A model generated the notes under the pieces. The model saw only the letters and a list, made by a program, of their open reading frames with translations, had not been told where the DNA came from and did not search any database. A DNA stretch of 63,444 nucleotides, filler included, from Corallochytrium limacisporum Hawaii (lineage: Eukaryota; Protista; Pluriformea), in assembly GCA_002811645.1 (NCBI GenBank). It is 6 parts of 6 records of this genome, joined end to end, with 100 filler letters (N's around TTAATTAATTAA, not from the genome) between each part and the next. Parts side by side here need not be neighbours in the genome. Positions count along the whole stretch, not along the records: positions 31,018 to 40,042 come from PDIP01000131.1; positions 40,143 to 52,984 come from PDIP01000276.1; 4 more parts are not named here. One strand, given 5' to 3'. Positions within the stretch are counted from its first letter, which is position 1, and every line of letters begins with the position of its first letter. Positions 31,790-43,554 of the stretch are shown piece by piece. A program made the translations under genes and the position numbers.

Positions 31790-33152
31790 GATCCAGCGGC
31801 CGAGGCAATGCTGATCCCAGGACACTTGCCCTCTTCGGAGTAGATTTCAAGTTTGATGTAGACCCCTCCAGTGGGTTTTGTGGATGGCAAGTTAAGGACG
31901 TGACCAACTTTTTCGCGGACATGCAGCTCTTTTGGTCCAACTGGTACCCTTGGAACTGGCAGGGGAAGGAGCCAGATGCTTCGTACCAAACGTTTGTCTT
32001 CTGTGACAAAGACAGAGCTGCTGGCGGCTGTATTTCGACTTCATATCCGGGTCAGGGGTTCGCCACGGACCAGGCAGTGGGCTGGGCCAATGTAGCGTTC
32101 TGAAATCGTTGAAATTTGAGTCGTGAGGCGGATGACAACTCTTGCACATGACCCGGTCGTGTACTGCCATAGCGCGTTCTGTCCAGAGAACAAAAGAAAA
32201 AAGCCAAAATGAAAAATACTTCAATAAAACCGGCCCCCATGTCCCATTGATCATCCACGCCCTAGGAAATTTCTTTGCTGGGGAACGAACAAGCAAAAGG
32301 CCCGGGCCGGCCGGGCATGCAGGTCACGGTTCAGTGTCCAAGGCGACCAGGCATTCAGCATGCAGCGCGACATGCTATTGTGCTCGTTCTAAATATGGAA
32401 GAATCAGACTGTGTCCATTACAGTGCCACACCGAAACCGCTCAAAATGTGTTTAATATCAGTACATAGCTCGTTCGGTGACATGGGTACTCCTGGATGGA
32501 CTTTGGACGCTATGGACTTGATTCTGGGATTCAGTAACGACGTTTTTGATCTATACTTTGCCGGCTTCCTCCCCAAATGGAAGATCACGAAGGAAATTGC
32601 TCCCATGTCTTTGGATATTGAAAAGTGGATCATCGATGGGGTGCCCGATGAGACCGTAGACCCTCCCCACAGGGGACGTTGCATCATTGCGGATTTCAAT
32701 CCTTTGCAAGATCGCATCCTGGTCCAGCTGGATCCACACCGTATGTCTCCCAACGTGAGCATTCAACCTGCCAATAACGGTGAAAATGCGTGGATCTTGA
32801 CTTCTGACGGTTTTGACCTCTGCTATGTAAACCGGGCTCCCGCAGAGGATATCTTTGGAGATGACGTGAATTACATCGGCTCGACGCCAAGCGACATTTT
32901 GATCAAGATGCTTCAGCAAAACGCCAAGGTTGTGGGTGGAGGCAAGTTTGCCCTATTTTTGACAAAGACGAAGACCTCCTTATTATTGACCGCGAATCGT
33001 CCAACATGGAGAAAATGGACAAGGACTACCACATTATCGACCTTGAGTATTATCACCAAGACAGTACCTTGTATATGGAGATCCCGAGCTCCGGCGAAAC
33101 GCCCACAGTCAGGGGGGATACGAATCCAATGTGTACGACTAGGTCATGTTAG
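31790..33152 (+). pseudogene. Fragmented subtelomeric coding remnant(s) of unknown family
   Basis: Protein-like segments at ~31790-32103 (ALFGVDFKFDVDPSSGFCGWQVKD..) and ~32470-32960 (WTLDAMDLILGF..IIADFNPLQDRI..). The latter continues in another frame (FDKDEDLLIIDRE..) to a stop near 33152. Confidence 0.4.
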
Positions 33153-36100
33153 CTCACTTGCCTTCCCCACCGGGGGAGCAAAAGGGTGGATGACTTTGTC
33201 CTCAGAGACTAATTGGAAAGCCGACATTCTATTCCTTTGCTCAATATACTAGGACCCGCTGGACGGGTGCTTCCTTTGAGGCGTTCAGTAAACCACCAAG
33301 CAAGTCAGAAGGTGAACTTCGAAGACAACAATGTGTGGTGTGCGGACCTTTGCCGTCCCCGCTAAAGTGTACCAGGTGTAGCAGGCAAATGCGCACCATC
33401 TCTTGTCTAGGCCCCACCGATGTTCTCACTCAGGACTACAGACATTTGATTGGGTTTCCGGAGTCATAGCGCTACTCACCGAGATCCGAAACCAAGATAA
33501 CAGCTACATAAAATTTTCCATGACACAGCCTTTTTGTTCAACCACCAGTCAGAACAGGGAAAACCTGCTCCACGGATTGTGTTTAATCATTGGCTCATTT
33601 TCGTATATTAAGTTTGCGTATCTCGTTTGGTAGTAAAGTTGAGACCTGTCTTTGCTCGTAGCACATGACCCATGTGCGGGCATTTCGTTCCACATCTGTC
33701 ACTTCTACATCTGCTTCAGGAATCAGCATCGATCAGAAAACCTGAAATGGAAAGGGAAGATGCCAACCAAGGAAACACAACCGAATTGAGGAAACCGGAG
33801 CGGGCATGGTCACTACCCTGCATGTCGCCGATGATGCAACAGCATACGTATAACCAACACATAATGGGCTTCTTGGCCGATTGTCGGAATTGCAGGGTGG
33901 TTGGACATAGTCCTGCGGAGCCAAAATAGGCGATACTTGTGGTAGAAAGAGAACACACAATAAGAAGGGGGAGGGAGCACAATCTTGACAACTGATGTAT
34001 TCACAAGTGTCCATCTTGCTTCTTTTTCTATTTTTTTTTCTATTTTTTGTTTCAGATCCATTCCTATAGTAGGTTTATACCTTTCTGCTATCGACTTGTG
34101 GCAATGGCACGAAACCATTTGTGTTCCCAAATGCGGTTACTGAGGCTTCAAACGAGGTGCAAATGACGAACATTCGTCTCGCTTTTGACGCCTTCAGGTT
34201 TAGCGATGCTACCCGAATTGAACATGTATACAACGGAATTTCGTCCAAGGATTCATAGCGTAGCCCCCCGGACATTTACGCAATTGACTCGGAACGTGAT
34301 GAAAAGTAAAAGCCTCAAATGCACATTAAATTGATTACAGCAGGTCCAAACTCCGAAGCTACGGTACGGGAATGGAGTAGTCTATGCGTGTGTTTCGTGT
34401 GCCAGGCACGGCGTAATCATTGGCCCAAGCAGCTTCCAAGAAGGCAAAGCGTATTGATTGTATATTCACTGTTGGGGACGGGAACCCTGGCGGCACGTTG
34501 AGTGGCGAGTTTGGGTAGAGGGTTTGCACTGATGGTATCAAACATGCAGATGAATGCAAATGACAACACCATCAATTTTCTTCACTCGCCAGTCATACTT
34601 GTTGGACTCGCTTTCCGAGCCCCTACGCAATTACAAGCCCACAGTGGCTGTGACGCTGTGACGATGCTGTGGCGCGAGAAGCAAATCTGAAACACACGCA
34701 AATTGATCGTAAGGACCTGAAGACGGTAACTACCCGGCGCATACACGAGTTCACCCCACTATCCTCCTTATATGGCAGTCCAAGATGTCCACATCCCTTT
34801 GTTTCAAAAAGGAGTGTACCGACCCGACATGGGCAGCGTTCTCACCAACTCAATGGTTCGTGCCCCATGGTCATCACTTGCTTTTGTCAACGAGGAGACG
34901 GATCCAGACCTATCTCTTTGGTCAGAAGTTTCTTGCCTCTCTGGACTCACGCAACTTCTTTCCTATCACCACAGAAACTCAACAGAATTGTCGCGAATGT
35001 TATTTCATAGACCCAGGCTGCGCACTCTGTGCGCTCGTACCGTTGTCTTCGGAGTATCGTGAGACCCGCGCTCCAGAATTGTCGTTCCACCTTCCGAGCA
35101 CGGCCACTTTAGCACCTTCCCCGCACTGTTCCCATCAGTTCCATATATAGGGCTCCCTGCTTTCTCGCTTTGGGAACCCACTCCTTTAAAACCACTGAGG
35201 GAAGAGTAGCACACCATGGATGCTCTCTGACTTGTGTAGTGGGATTATGGTAAAAGATACGACGACTGTGTGGACTGGCTTTCGAGCCAAGGGGAGGAGC
35301 ACTCCAACAGCTAGATTCTCCATGTCCGTCTATTTTGTTGAAATGAATTTACATCGGCAAAATACAAGGGGGACAACCCGTAAGGACGAATTGTATTTAT
35401 TTGATGTATTCCTATCCCAGGAACCGTATGAAGTCTGCGCACCACCGGTAGTGGTACTACCTCCAGCCAACGCATATTTCCGGCAAACCGTTAACTTTCC
35501 GTTGACTTGATCACTATCTGGTCAGAAATTGGGGAGAATTATTTTCAGCAGTCCGGTCCTCGGGAGGAATTGCAAACGGAAAGCCAACAAAGAAAGTCGA
35601 CTCGAAGTGCCTAGTGATAGCGACCACTTGCACCAGGGGTATTTCCTCCTTCATTGGCCTTTTACCATACCAAACCCATTGAGACGGAAAGCTTGGGGGC
35701 TGGGGGAGGGAGGGTCAACCGGATGGCTGCCTGCCCACCCGAACTCTCATGGCCTACGCTTCTATTGCTGTCTGGTGTGACAAGCGGGAGTGGGCACAGC
35801 AGATGAGTGATTTGATGATCTTCGATGCTGTCGTGTCCATCCAAATAGGGGTTGAAGCGAATGTCCTCTGCAGTCACCTCCACCCTATGGGCTTCGACTG
35901 TGTACACTTCCCCTTCACTCTGGTCGCTCCGCCCTTTCCCCCCGCAGGTGGGGTTGGGTTTACGCGGGTCAGGGCGAGTCTCATACGGCTTGCGCAAAAC
36001 ACCATCGTGCGCACGATCAGATTTGGCGAAGGGCTGCGATGGCTCTTAATCAAACACGATTATCACGGGATGCTGGAAATGGTCTATGGCCTTATCCCTT

Positions 36101-36457
36101 TTTTCCTCGGTGTTCCAAAGCACAGACACACTGTCGGCGAGATAAAGACATTGGGAACCCACTCACCCTTTGGCACAAGGGGATCCTGTTAAAGCTTTCT
36201 TATTCGGGTTACACCTGTTTGATTTCTGAACGTTCATGAATCAAACATTGGCATATTTACTGAAAGTATCGTCTTGCATTTGAAGGCCGGCATTTTCCAT
36301 ACATCACCGAACATCTATCAGGTATTCGCAACAAGATCAATCTTTGGCGGATACACGGGCTATGCCTGCTGATCATGTATTTAACGTCCGTGACTGATGT
36401 TTTTCCTGCAAGAGCAATCATTAAATAGGGAAGTTCTTGCATTTTCTTTTGTATAAA

Positions 36458-38929
36458 ATGGTCCCCATAATTCTACTGATCGTTGCCGTCGCCTTCAATG
36501 GCGACATGGTTGGCGCAGCCTTTGGTGCAAGTCTCTCGTGTAGTGTTCCTAGCGCCCTTTCTGTGGATGCAAGGAACGGCGCAAATCTAGTGTGCACTCG
36601 ACAAAACGCCAATTTAAACTGTGCAAGTATGGTGAACGACAAGAATGAGATCATTGAGGCCATCAACAACGCTCGCAGTGGCACAATCACTGTTCCCTAC
36701 GATTCCTTGTCTGCCTTGGACGCTGTAACTGGAGGAGACGGGGGGGAAAATGGCAAGTACGACCCGCCAACCCAAGTCGAGAATATCTTTGGGTGGACAC
36801 CGTTGTCCAAGAATAGCAACGAGCTGAATGGGTACATTGTTCGGAACCATGTTCAGCCGTTACCCAGCATTGTGCTCTGCAAAGCTGGTACTAGGTACAC
36901 ACTCTACTACGAACCCTCCAACAACAAAAATGTCATCTGTCCAGACGAGAAGGGTATATCTCATATGATTATCTGTTACCCTCCAGTTCCGAAAGATACC
37001 TGCCAAGAATTTTACAACAACGGTGGCTGCAAGGATGGCACCGTGCCCAGTGACAATGGTTCCACTGAATGTGGCAATGGGAAGGACGACGATTGTCAAA
37101 CATATTGCTGCGAAGACGAACTTACTTGCCAGGACTTCTACGACGATCCCAACGGTGGCTGCACGGACGGCACCGTGCCCAGCGATGACGGCTCTACCGC
37201 CTGTGGCAATGGGAATGACGACGACTGCCAGACATATTGCTGCAAAGAAGAACTGACTTGCCAGGACTTCTACGAAGATCCCAACGGTGGCTGCACGGAC
37301 GGCACCGTGCCCAGCGATGACGGCTCTACCGCCTGTGGCAATGGGAATGACGACGACTGCCAGACATATTGCTGCAAAGAAGAACTGACTTGCCAGGACT
37401 TCTACGAAGATCCCAACGGTGGCTGCACGGACGGCACCGTGCCCAGCGANNNNNNNNNNNNNNNNNNNNNNNNNNNNNNNNNNNNNNNNNNNNNNNNNNN
37501 NNNNNNNNNNNNNNNNNNNNNNNNNNNNNNNNNNNNNNNNNNNNNNNNNNNNNNNNNNNNNNNNNNNNNNNNNNNNNNNNNNNNNNNNNNNNNNNNNNNN
37601 NNNNNNNNNNNNNNNNNNNNNNNNNNNNNNNNNNNNNNNNNNNNNNNNNNNNNNNNNNNNNNNNNNNNNNNNNNNNNNNNNNNNNNNNNNNNNNNNNNNN
37701 NNNNNNNNNNNNNNNNNNNNNNNNNNNNNNNNNNNNNNNNNNNNNNNNNNNNNNNNNNNNNNNNNNNNNNNNNNNNNNNNNNNNNNNNNNNNNNNNNNNN
37801 NNNNNNNNNNNNNNNNNNNNNNNNNNNNNNNNNNNNNNNNNNNNNNNNNNNNNNNNNNNNNNNNNNNNNNNNNNNNNNNNNNNNNNNNNNNNNNNNNNNN
37901 NNNNNNNNNNNNNNNNNNNNNNNNNNNNNNNNNNNNNNNNNNNNNNNNNNNNNNNNNNNNNNNNNNNNNNNNNNNNNNNNNNNNNNNNNNNNNNNNNNNN
38001 NNNNNNNNNNNNNNNNNNNNNNNNNNNNNNNNNNNNNNNNNNNNNNNNNNNNNNNNNNNNNNNNNNNNNNNNNNNNNNNNNNNNNNNNNNNNNNNNNNNN
38101 NNNNNNNNNNNNNNNNNNNNNNNNNNNNNNNNNNNNNNNNNNNNNNNNNNNNNNNNNNNNNNNNNNNNNNNNNNNNNNNNNNNNNNNNNNNNNNNNNNNN
38201 NNNNNNNNNNNNNNNNNNNNNNNNNNNNNNNNNNNNNNNNNNNNNNNNNNNNNNNNNNNNNNNNNNNNNNNNNNNNNNNNNNNNNNNNNNNNNNNNNNNN
38301 NNNNNNNNNNNNNNNNNNNNNNNNNNNNNNNNNNNNNNNNNNNNNNNNNNNNNNNNNNNNNNNNNNNNNNNNNNNNNNNNNNNNNNNNNNNNNNNNNNNN
38401 NNNNNNNNNNNNNNNNNNNNNNNNNNNNNATGACGGCTCTACCGCCTGTGGCAATGGAAAGGACGACGACTGCCAGACATATTGCTGCAAAGAAGAACTG
38501 ACTTGCAAGCAATTTTATGACGACTTTGGCTGTGCAGACGGAACGGAAGAGAACGGAGGTGGGGATCTTGCGTGTGGTACTGAGTGCCAAGAGGAGTGCT
38601 GCGAGGGTATGCACTCTGGTGTATTCCCTGAAGGTGGTGGCGGAGACCAGCCAATAGGATCTTCGGATGAGACTGGTTCCTCCGATGAAAATTCGACAGG
38701 TTCATCCCATGACGGCTCTTCTGAGGATTCTTTTAACGCGCAGTCCGCAAAAACCACTGATGGCATCTCCTCGACAGCAACAATTGCAATTAGTGCTACC
38801 GTGGCGGCTCTTGTGGGCACAATTGGCATTGCCGCGATTGTCGGCTACATGTACAAGCGACGGAATGCCGCTGCGGCCGATGTTGATTCCGTTAACATTC
38901 CCGAGCAACAGACTAGACCGCCCGTCTAG
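36458..38929 (+). CDS. Type I membrane protein: signal peptide, divergent CAP/SCP-like domain, tandem 44-aa Cys/Asp-rich repeats, Ser-rich stalk, TM helix, short cytoplasmic tail
   Basis: ATG 36458 MVPIILLIVAVAF. Repeats ELTCQDFYEDPNGGCTDGTVPSDDGSTACGNGNDDDCQTYCCKE on both sides of the N gap 37450-38429. TM AIAISATVAALVGTIGIAAIVGYMY followed by KRR. Confidence 0.82.
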   Translation: MVPIILLIVAVAFNGDMVGAAFGASLSCSVPSALSVDARNGANLVCTRQNANLNCASMVNDKNEIIEAINNARSGTITVPYDSLSALDAVTGGDGGENGKYDPPTQVENIFGWTPLSKNSNELNGYIVRNHVQPLPSIVLCKAGTRYTLYYEPSNNKNVICPDEKGISHMIICYPPVPKDTCQEFYNNGGCKDGTVPSDNGSTECGNGKDDDCQTYCCEDELTCQDFYDDPNGGCTDGTVPSDDGSTACGNGNDDDCQTYCCKEELTCQDFYEDPNGGCTDGTVPSDDGSTACGNGNDDDCQTYCCKEELTCQDFYEDPNGGCTDGTVPSXXXXXXXXXXXXXXXXXXXXXXXXXXXXXXXXXXXXXXXXXXXXXXXXXXXXXXXXXXXXXXXXXXXXXXXXXXXXXXXXXXXXXXXXXXXXXXXXXXXXXXXXXXXXXXXXXXXXXXXXXXXXXXXXXXXXXXXXXXXXXXXXXXXXXXXXXXXXXXXXXXXXXXXXXXXXXXXXXXXXXXXXXXXXXXXXXXXXXXXXXXXXXXXXXXXXXXXXXXXXXXXXXXXXXXXXXXXXXXXXXXXXXXXXXXXXXXXXXXXXXXXXXXXXXXXXXXXXXXXXXXXXXXXXXXXXXXXXXXXXXXXXXXXXXXXXXXXXXXXXXXXXXXXXDGSTACGNGKDDDCQTYCCKEELTCKQFYDDFGCADGTEENGGGDLACGTECQEECCEGMHSGVFPEGGGGDQPIGSSDETGSSDENSTGSSHDGSSEDSFNAQSAKTTDGISSTATIAISATVAALVGTIGIAAIVGYMYKRRNAAAADVDSVNIPEQQTRPPV
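36997..38600 (+). repeat. 132-bp coding tandem repeat array (collapsed in the assembly gap)
   Basis: CCAGGACTTC recurs at 37129, 37261 and 37393. Internal copies are near-identical and terminal copies are diverged. Confidence 0.92.
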
Positions 38930-39935
38930 TTGGAGACTGTGTGTGCCGGGATTACAAATTCCTTCCCACAGCTGGGTACCTGGGACCTATTATGAATAAA
39001 TCACGATGCATTGCTCGAAAAATTGATCGACGAAACATAAACACAGAGAATACAACGGACCAACATGAAAAAGATCCAAGCCCAACTCTGCTAAACCCCG
39101 CGAATTCCTTTTTGGTGGAGCCCCCCATCAGCTCATAAGCCGCAACAAACAGCGGCAGGACATTCGTACTTTTTCGTCCACACGACTGTTCTATACTCAC
39201 TGTCCATCCATTCTGGTCGTGCCTGCAGGACATTTTCGCGTCAATTTGTTACCAGGGACCAAATTAGATGGTTAAACCCTTCTCCGATCATTGGCCATAG
39301 GAATGTCTGGGCCATTGGTTGACTGCTGCCGATTCAATTAAGAACATAACCCGAACGAAAACGTCGGGCTTAAGTTAAAGCACAAAGCGGATCCACTAAG
39401 GTGCTATATCTCTGTATCTTCATAAAGAGTGGCATCATTTTGAAAGTAAATACATGGCAGGGTGAGTCCACATGATTGAGAGCCGGGACATCGGCAATTC
39501 ATTCATTGCCCGGAAAATAAGTGACAATCGGCTGTTGTCCCACCAACCTCTGATCACGAAAAGTCCGAGTGTTGCCCACGGGGCATCCGCCCAGTTGTCA
39601 ATATGATTTGATACCCGTGGATGACAGAGAGGATGAGCAAATGAGCCAGTTTGAAGGCAAAACTGCAATGCTTGAGATCCGCGGCGACAGTTCCGGACCG
39701 TGCTCGTACTGCGTAATTGCATCGCTAATAGAGATCTCCTTTTCCGTGGAGGAGAGTGTGCTGTTAAGGCAAGCTCCGAGACCGGAAGCTCGGACTCGGG
39801 CAGCACAACTTCGAAACTCTTCGGTGAAGACGTCGGGAATCTGTCAGGGCTGCCGGTGTACCTACTACATCGAGAGTGTTTGCAGTAGTGTACGGTTGAA
39901 ACACATTTTGGAAGTCAAAGTCCAGAGAAAATATC

Positions 39936-40042
39936 TACCAACCTCTGCCCCATAAGTTAAGGAGGAATTAGGTTTATAGGGTCGCAACCTTCTTTGAATC
40001 AAATAAATCGTATCACATTTGATTTCTTCCCCTTCCCGCCCT
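39936..40042 (+). mobile_element. Mariner/Stowaway-like terminus, TIR CCAACCTCTGCCCCATAAGTTAAGGAGGAAT
   Basis: TA then TIR. Nearly identical to 63354-63444 and shares its first 31 bp with 52921. Confidence 0.78.
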
Positions 40043-42500
40043 NNNNNNNNNNNNNNNNNNNNNNNNNNNNNNNNNNNNNNNNNNNNTTAATTAATTAANN
40101 NNNNNNNNNNNNNNNNNNNNNNNNNNNNNNNNNNNNNNNNNNAGGGAAGGGGGGGGAGGGGGAGGGGGCGGCCACTCTGACCAAAAAGTTCAGTGTGGTG
40201 TTTTGATGTGTGTAACTCGCAAAGCGTGCGAGCGGGCGAGTTCAGCCAAAACATTCACACCCCCACCCACACCTATTCAATTTCAACACACCCGCGGCTT
40301 CTCTTGACACCGCTGATAACAGTTGACGAATGGCCAAGTGGGAGCTTGGGTGGAGTACTCACAGTCACGACACGAAATACCATTTACGCCATTCCAGGGG
40401 TCACCCTGTGGTCCGTGAGCACGTAAAGACCATGCCCATGACATGCTCAAATGGTACATTACATACTGCCGCGGGTCCGTACCCACCTGTAACAGCATTG
40501 GGGAAATTCGAACGTATGTCACTGGCATATTACGCACAACCGAGAAAAGAAAAAGGGGACGATGCAAACATTTTGGGGCCCTGAACCAAAAGGAGTGGTC
40601 CGGCGTTGGAAATAAGGAAGGAAAAGAATGATAGTGCTAACAGACCTACATGGTCTGACAACTCAGCAGACAATCAGCGCGCCACACAACACATCTCCCA
40701 CCTAACGACGATCGCCATTAAAATGTGTTCTCGGAGATCGTTACTTTATTTTTTTTTTGTTTTGAGGAGGTCAACTGGGCTATAAATACACCCCTCAACG
40801 CCAATTTTGAACAACCGCAGGCTACAAACTATTGCGCACTTTCGGGGGTGGGTCAGCAGGGCGCGGAACATGGGCGACGACCGGGGGACCTGGGCGGGAG
40901 TGGGTCAACCGTCTTGTTGTCCTAAACAAGCTGCAGGTGATTCCAGACTAGGGCACAAAACAAGGGTTACTCACGCAGTCAAGTGCATGGGAAATGATGC
41001 TGCATGGCTGAGTCTTTATGTTGGAATGTTTATGGATGACGACAAGTAGGTGTTTGTATGTGGTCTTGGGGTTCTCCTGCCCGGGGTTGTACTACACAAT
41101 CCCTAAGCAAGCACAATAGAGTTTGCGGACCGTCCATGAAGAACGCTGATGTCCTCTGGAATTGTGCTGCGCCAGTGCCTTTTGGGGACGCGATTGTTGT
41201 CGGATGTTGTTAACCATCAGAGATTGGCTGGGTAGGACAACATGCAAGTTGAACATGCAACCTGGGGCATTGGATGGCCATCTCCGTCGAGCTTTACAGT
41301 CTGTTGTTGGCGAAACACTAACGCACTAGACATGTACAGACCATGCTCAAATTGGAAGGCTGTGTTTTGTCCGTAATGGCCAGCTGGAGAACGAATACAT
41401 AATCGTGACGAGTACGACGATGACAGCTGATGAATGAGGACAAAACAAAGCCATTCCGCAGCTTCCGATGTTGCCTGCGCGCCTTACAGCTCCGACTACC
41501 GGTGAGCCCCTGGGGCGCGATACCCCGTGGCCTTTGAAGAAGTGGGGGCGGTATACGAATATGCGCACTCAGAGAAAGGGAGGGGGTGGAGGGACGGTGG
41601 GTCAGCTGACCGTCGCCGCTGGCGAGTGGTTTCTCCGGGCTTGCTCTGCGTCGGTGTGCATACTGCTGTCCAACGTGGAGAGCTTTGTATCACCAACGGA
41701 TCTTTCTCTAACGCTTGCGTTGGACAACATGTCACCGCACCCGATTCGGTGTCTGACTCACTCACTGCCTGTGTTCCGGCTAGATTCTTTTTCATTGGAC
41801 TTCTGGCGCATTCCTCTGACACTTGCCAACGTCAAATCGCAAACTGCGTCAGACTGTGCTTTTGGAGCATGTGACAGCCACCATGGATGCTCTCGCTTCT
41901 GCACACTTTTCCACATGACCATGAAGGACCATGACCATGACGATCTTTATCCACTAGAAGACCCGATTATAAGTTCCAGTGCGAACTCATGGATGCTTCA
42001 GCTCCCTAGATGTGCGCGCCAATCTCGGGGCCGCTTTTGGAGATCTACCGGGTCCCATCACTTACCGGACATCTGCTCACTAGCGCCATTCACTCATTGA
42101 ACCCGAAACAGTCCGGATGTGTATATCAAAGAATTAGATAGTCCGTATATATTTTTATATCCTCAGTTTTTGAATAATTTTCGCCTGTAGCCACTCTGAA
42201 GCTCCGGCACCCACACACACCGCTGTGACTCGCGGGAGTCGTGCCCCGGGTGACTTCTTTTCGGTGGATGCTCACATCTTGTTTCCAAAGATATTCCCAG
42301 CGTGAAGACGCGCAATGTCTGTGAGGGTACTAATCTCCTCCACTGTCTACAAATGAAAACTTTACGAGCTATGTTCTCTTTGTCTGTCGTGAGTCTACAA
42401 CATGACTTCACAATGGAGTTGCGCACGCGGTAGACCAACGGCAGGAATGGATATTTGATTTTGTCGAGCGAACACCATAGTTAATATCAGACCATTCACA

Positions 42501-43554
42501 ATGTCAAATCACCTAAAAGGCTCTAGAGGGTCCTTGCGAAAGGCCGGTAAGGTAGCCAAAGACCTTACCAAACAGATCCTGAGCTTTGGATCACCTTTGC
42601 CGCAGTGGGAGACAGAGGTGGAGATTCTTGCCTTCCGCACACAAGATGATGTCAAGCGCTGGCGCTTGCTCTCTGATCGTAGCTTTGGAGGACAGTCAAC
42701 CTGCAACTTGATGCAAATGGATAAAGGCTACGCAAGGTTCTATGGCCATATCAGTCAGAATCGTGACAAGGCAGTCGGCGCGAAGAGAACTGGCATTGTC
42801 AACATGCAGTCAAAGGTAAGTTACAAAGACCATACTACTTAAAGCGGCGATAGCCGCATTGTCACATGGGATAGGCGGTTTACATCAGGATGTAATTTGA
42901 GAAGGTGGCTTTATCTTTTTGCCGTAGATTGGTCGCTGGTACACTCATCCAAGAATATCTCCAACATAGACAGTCCGGGATCCATTTAACCTGGTCCGGG
43001 ATTCACTACCGTTGGAAACAGCTTCTTCTTCGAGGGTCACTCACCCTTTTGTTTATTCCGTGTCACCGGCTGCTTTTCCATCTCTGAAACCACGTTTCTT
43101 TTTGTCGTCTCAGATTCACTAACCCCGTCTTAATTTTACCCACCCCTTTGCGATACAGAACACTAAGAACGTCTTCACACCGGATGAGAGCTGGGACCTG
43201 TCAGACTACGACGGCATCCGGATCACTTTCCGTGGGGATGGCAGGCCGTACCTTTTGCAATTGACTTCGGAAGGCATCCAAAAGCAGGACCTCTACCAGG
43301 ACATACTCTGGTCAAGGGGAGGCGGTGAGTGGGAGGTCAAAACCATTCCATTCGATGCCTTCCATCTCACCAACCGTGGCTACGCCCAAATGGCTAAGCA
43401 GATCATTGATGGGCACAACATCACTAACTTTGGAATCACATTAGCAGATCGGCGTCACGGACCATTCCAGTTTGATCTCAAGGCCATCGAAGCCGTCAGC
43501 TTCCGCACCCAAGCCCTCTATGCAAATATCCCTCGAGCAGATCCTGGGGAATAG
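42501..43554 (+). CDS. NDUFAF1: Complex I assembly factor CIA30/NDUFAF1, two exons (42501-42815, 43159-43554; 236 aa)
   Basis: WRLLSDRSFGGQS, WDLSDYDGIRITFRGDGRPY, WEVKTIPFDAFHLTNRG, FGITLADRRHGPFQFDL. Phase-0 343-nt intron with GTAAGT donor, CACTAAC branch point and ACAG acceptor. Confidence 0.87.

Noticed and set aside
36997-38600. CRISPR-like array
   Set aside because: Contiguous 132-bp in-frame coding repeats with no unique spacers; eukaryotic context and no cas genes.
39541-39556. CACCAACCTCTGATC as another TIR terminus
   Set aside because: Lacks the TA prefix and similarity ends after 10 bp; probably chance or too decayed to support.
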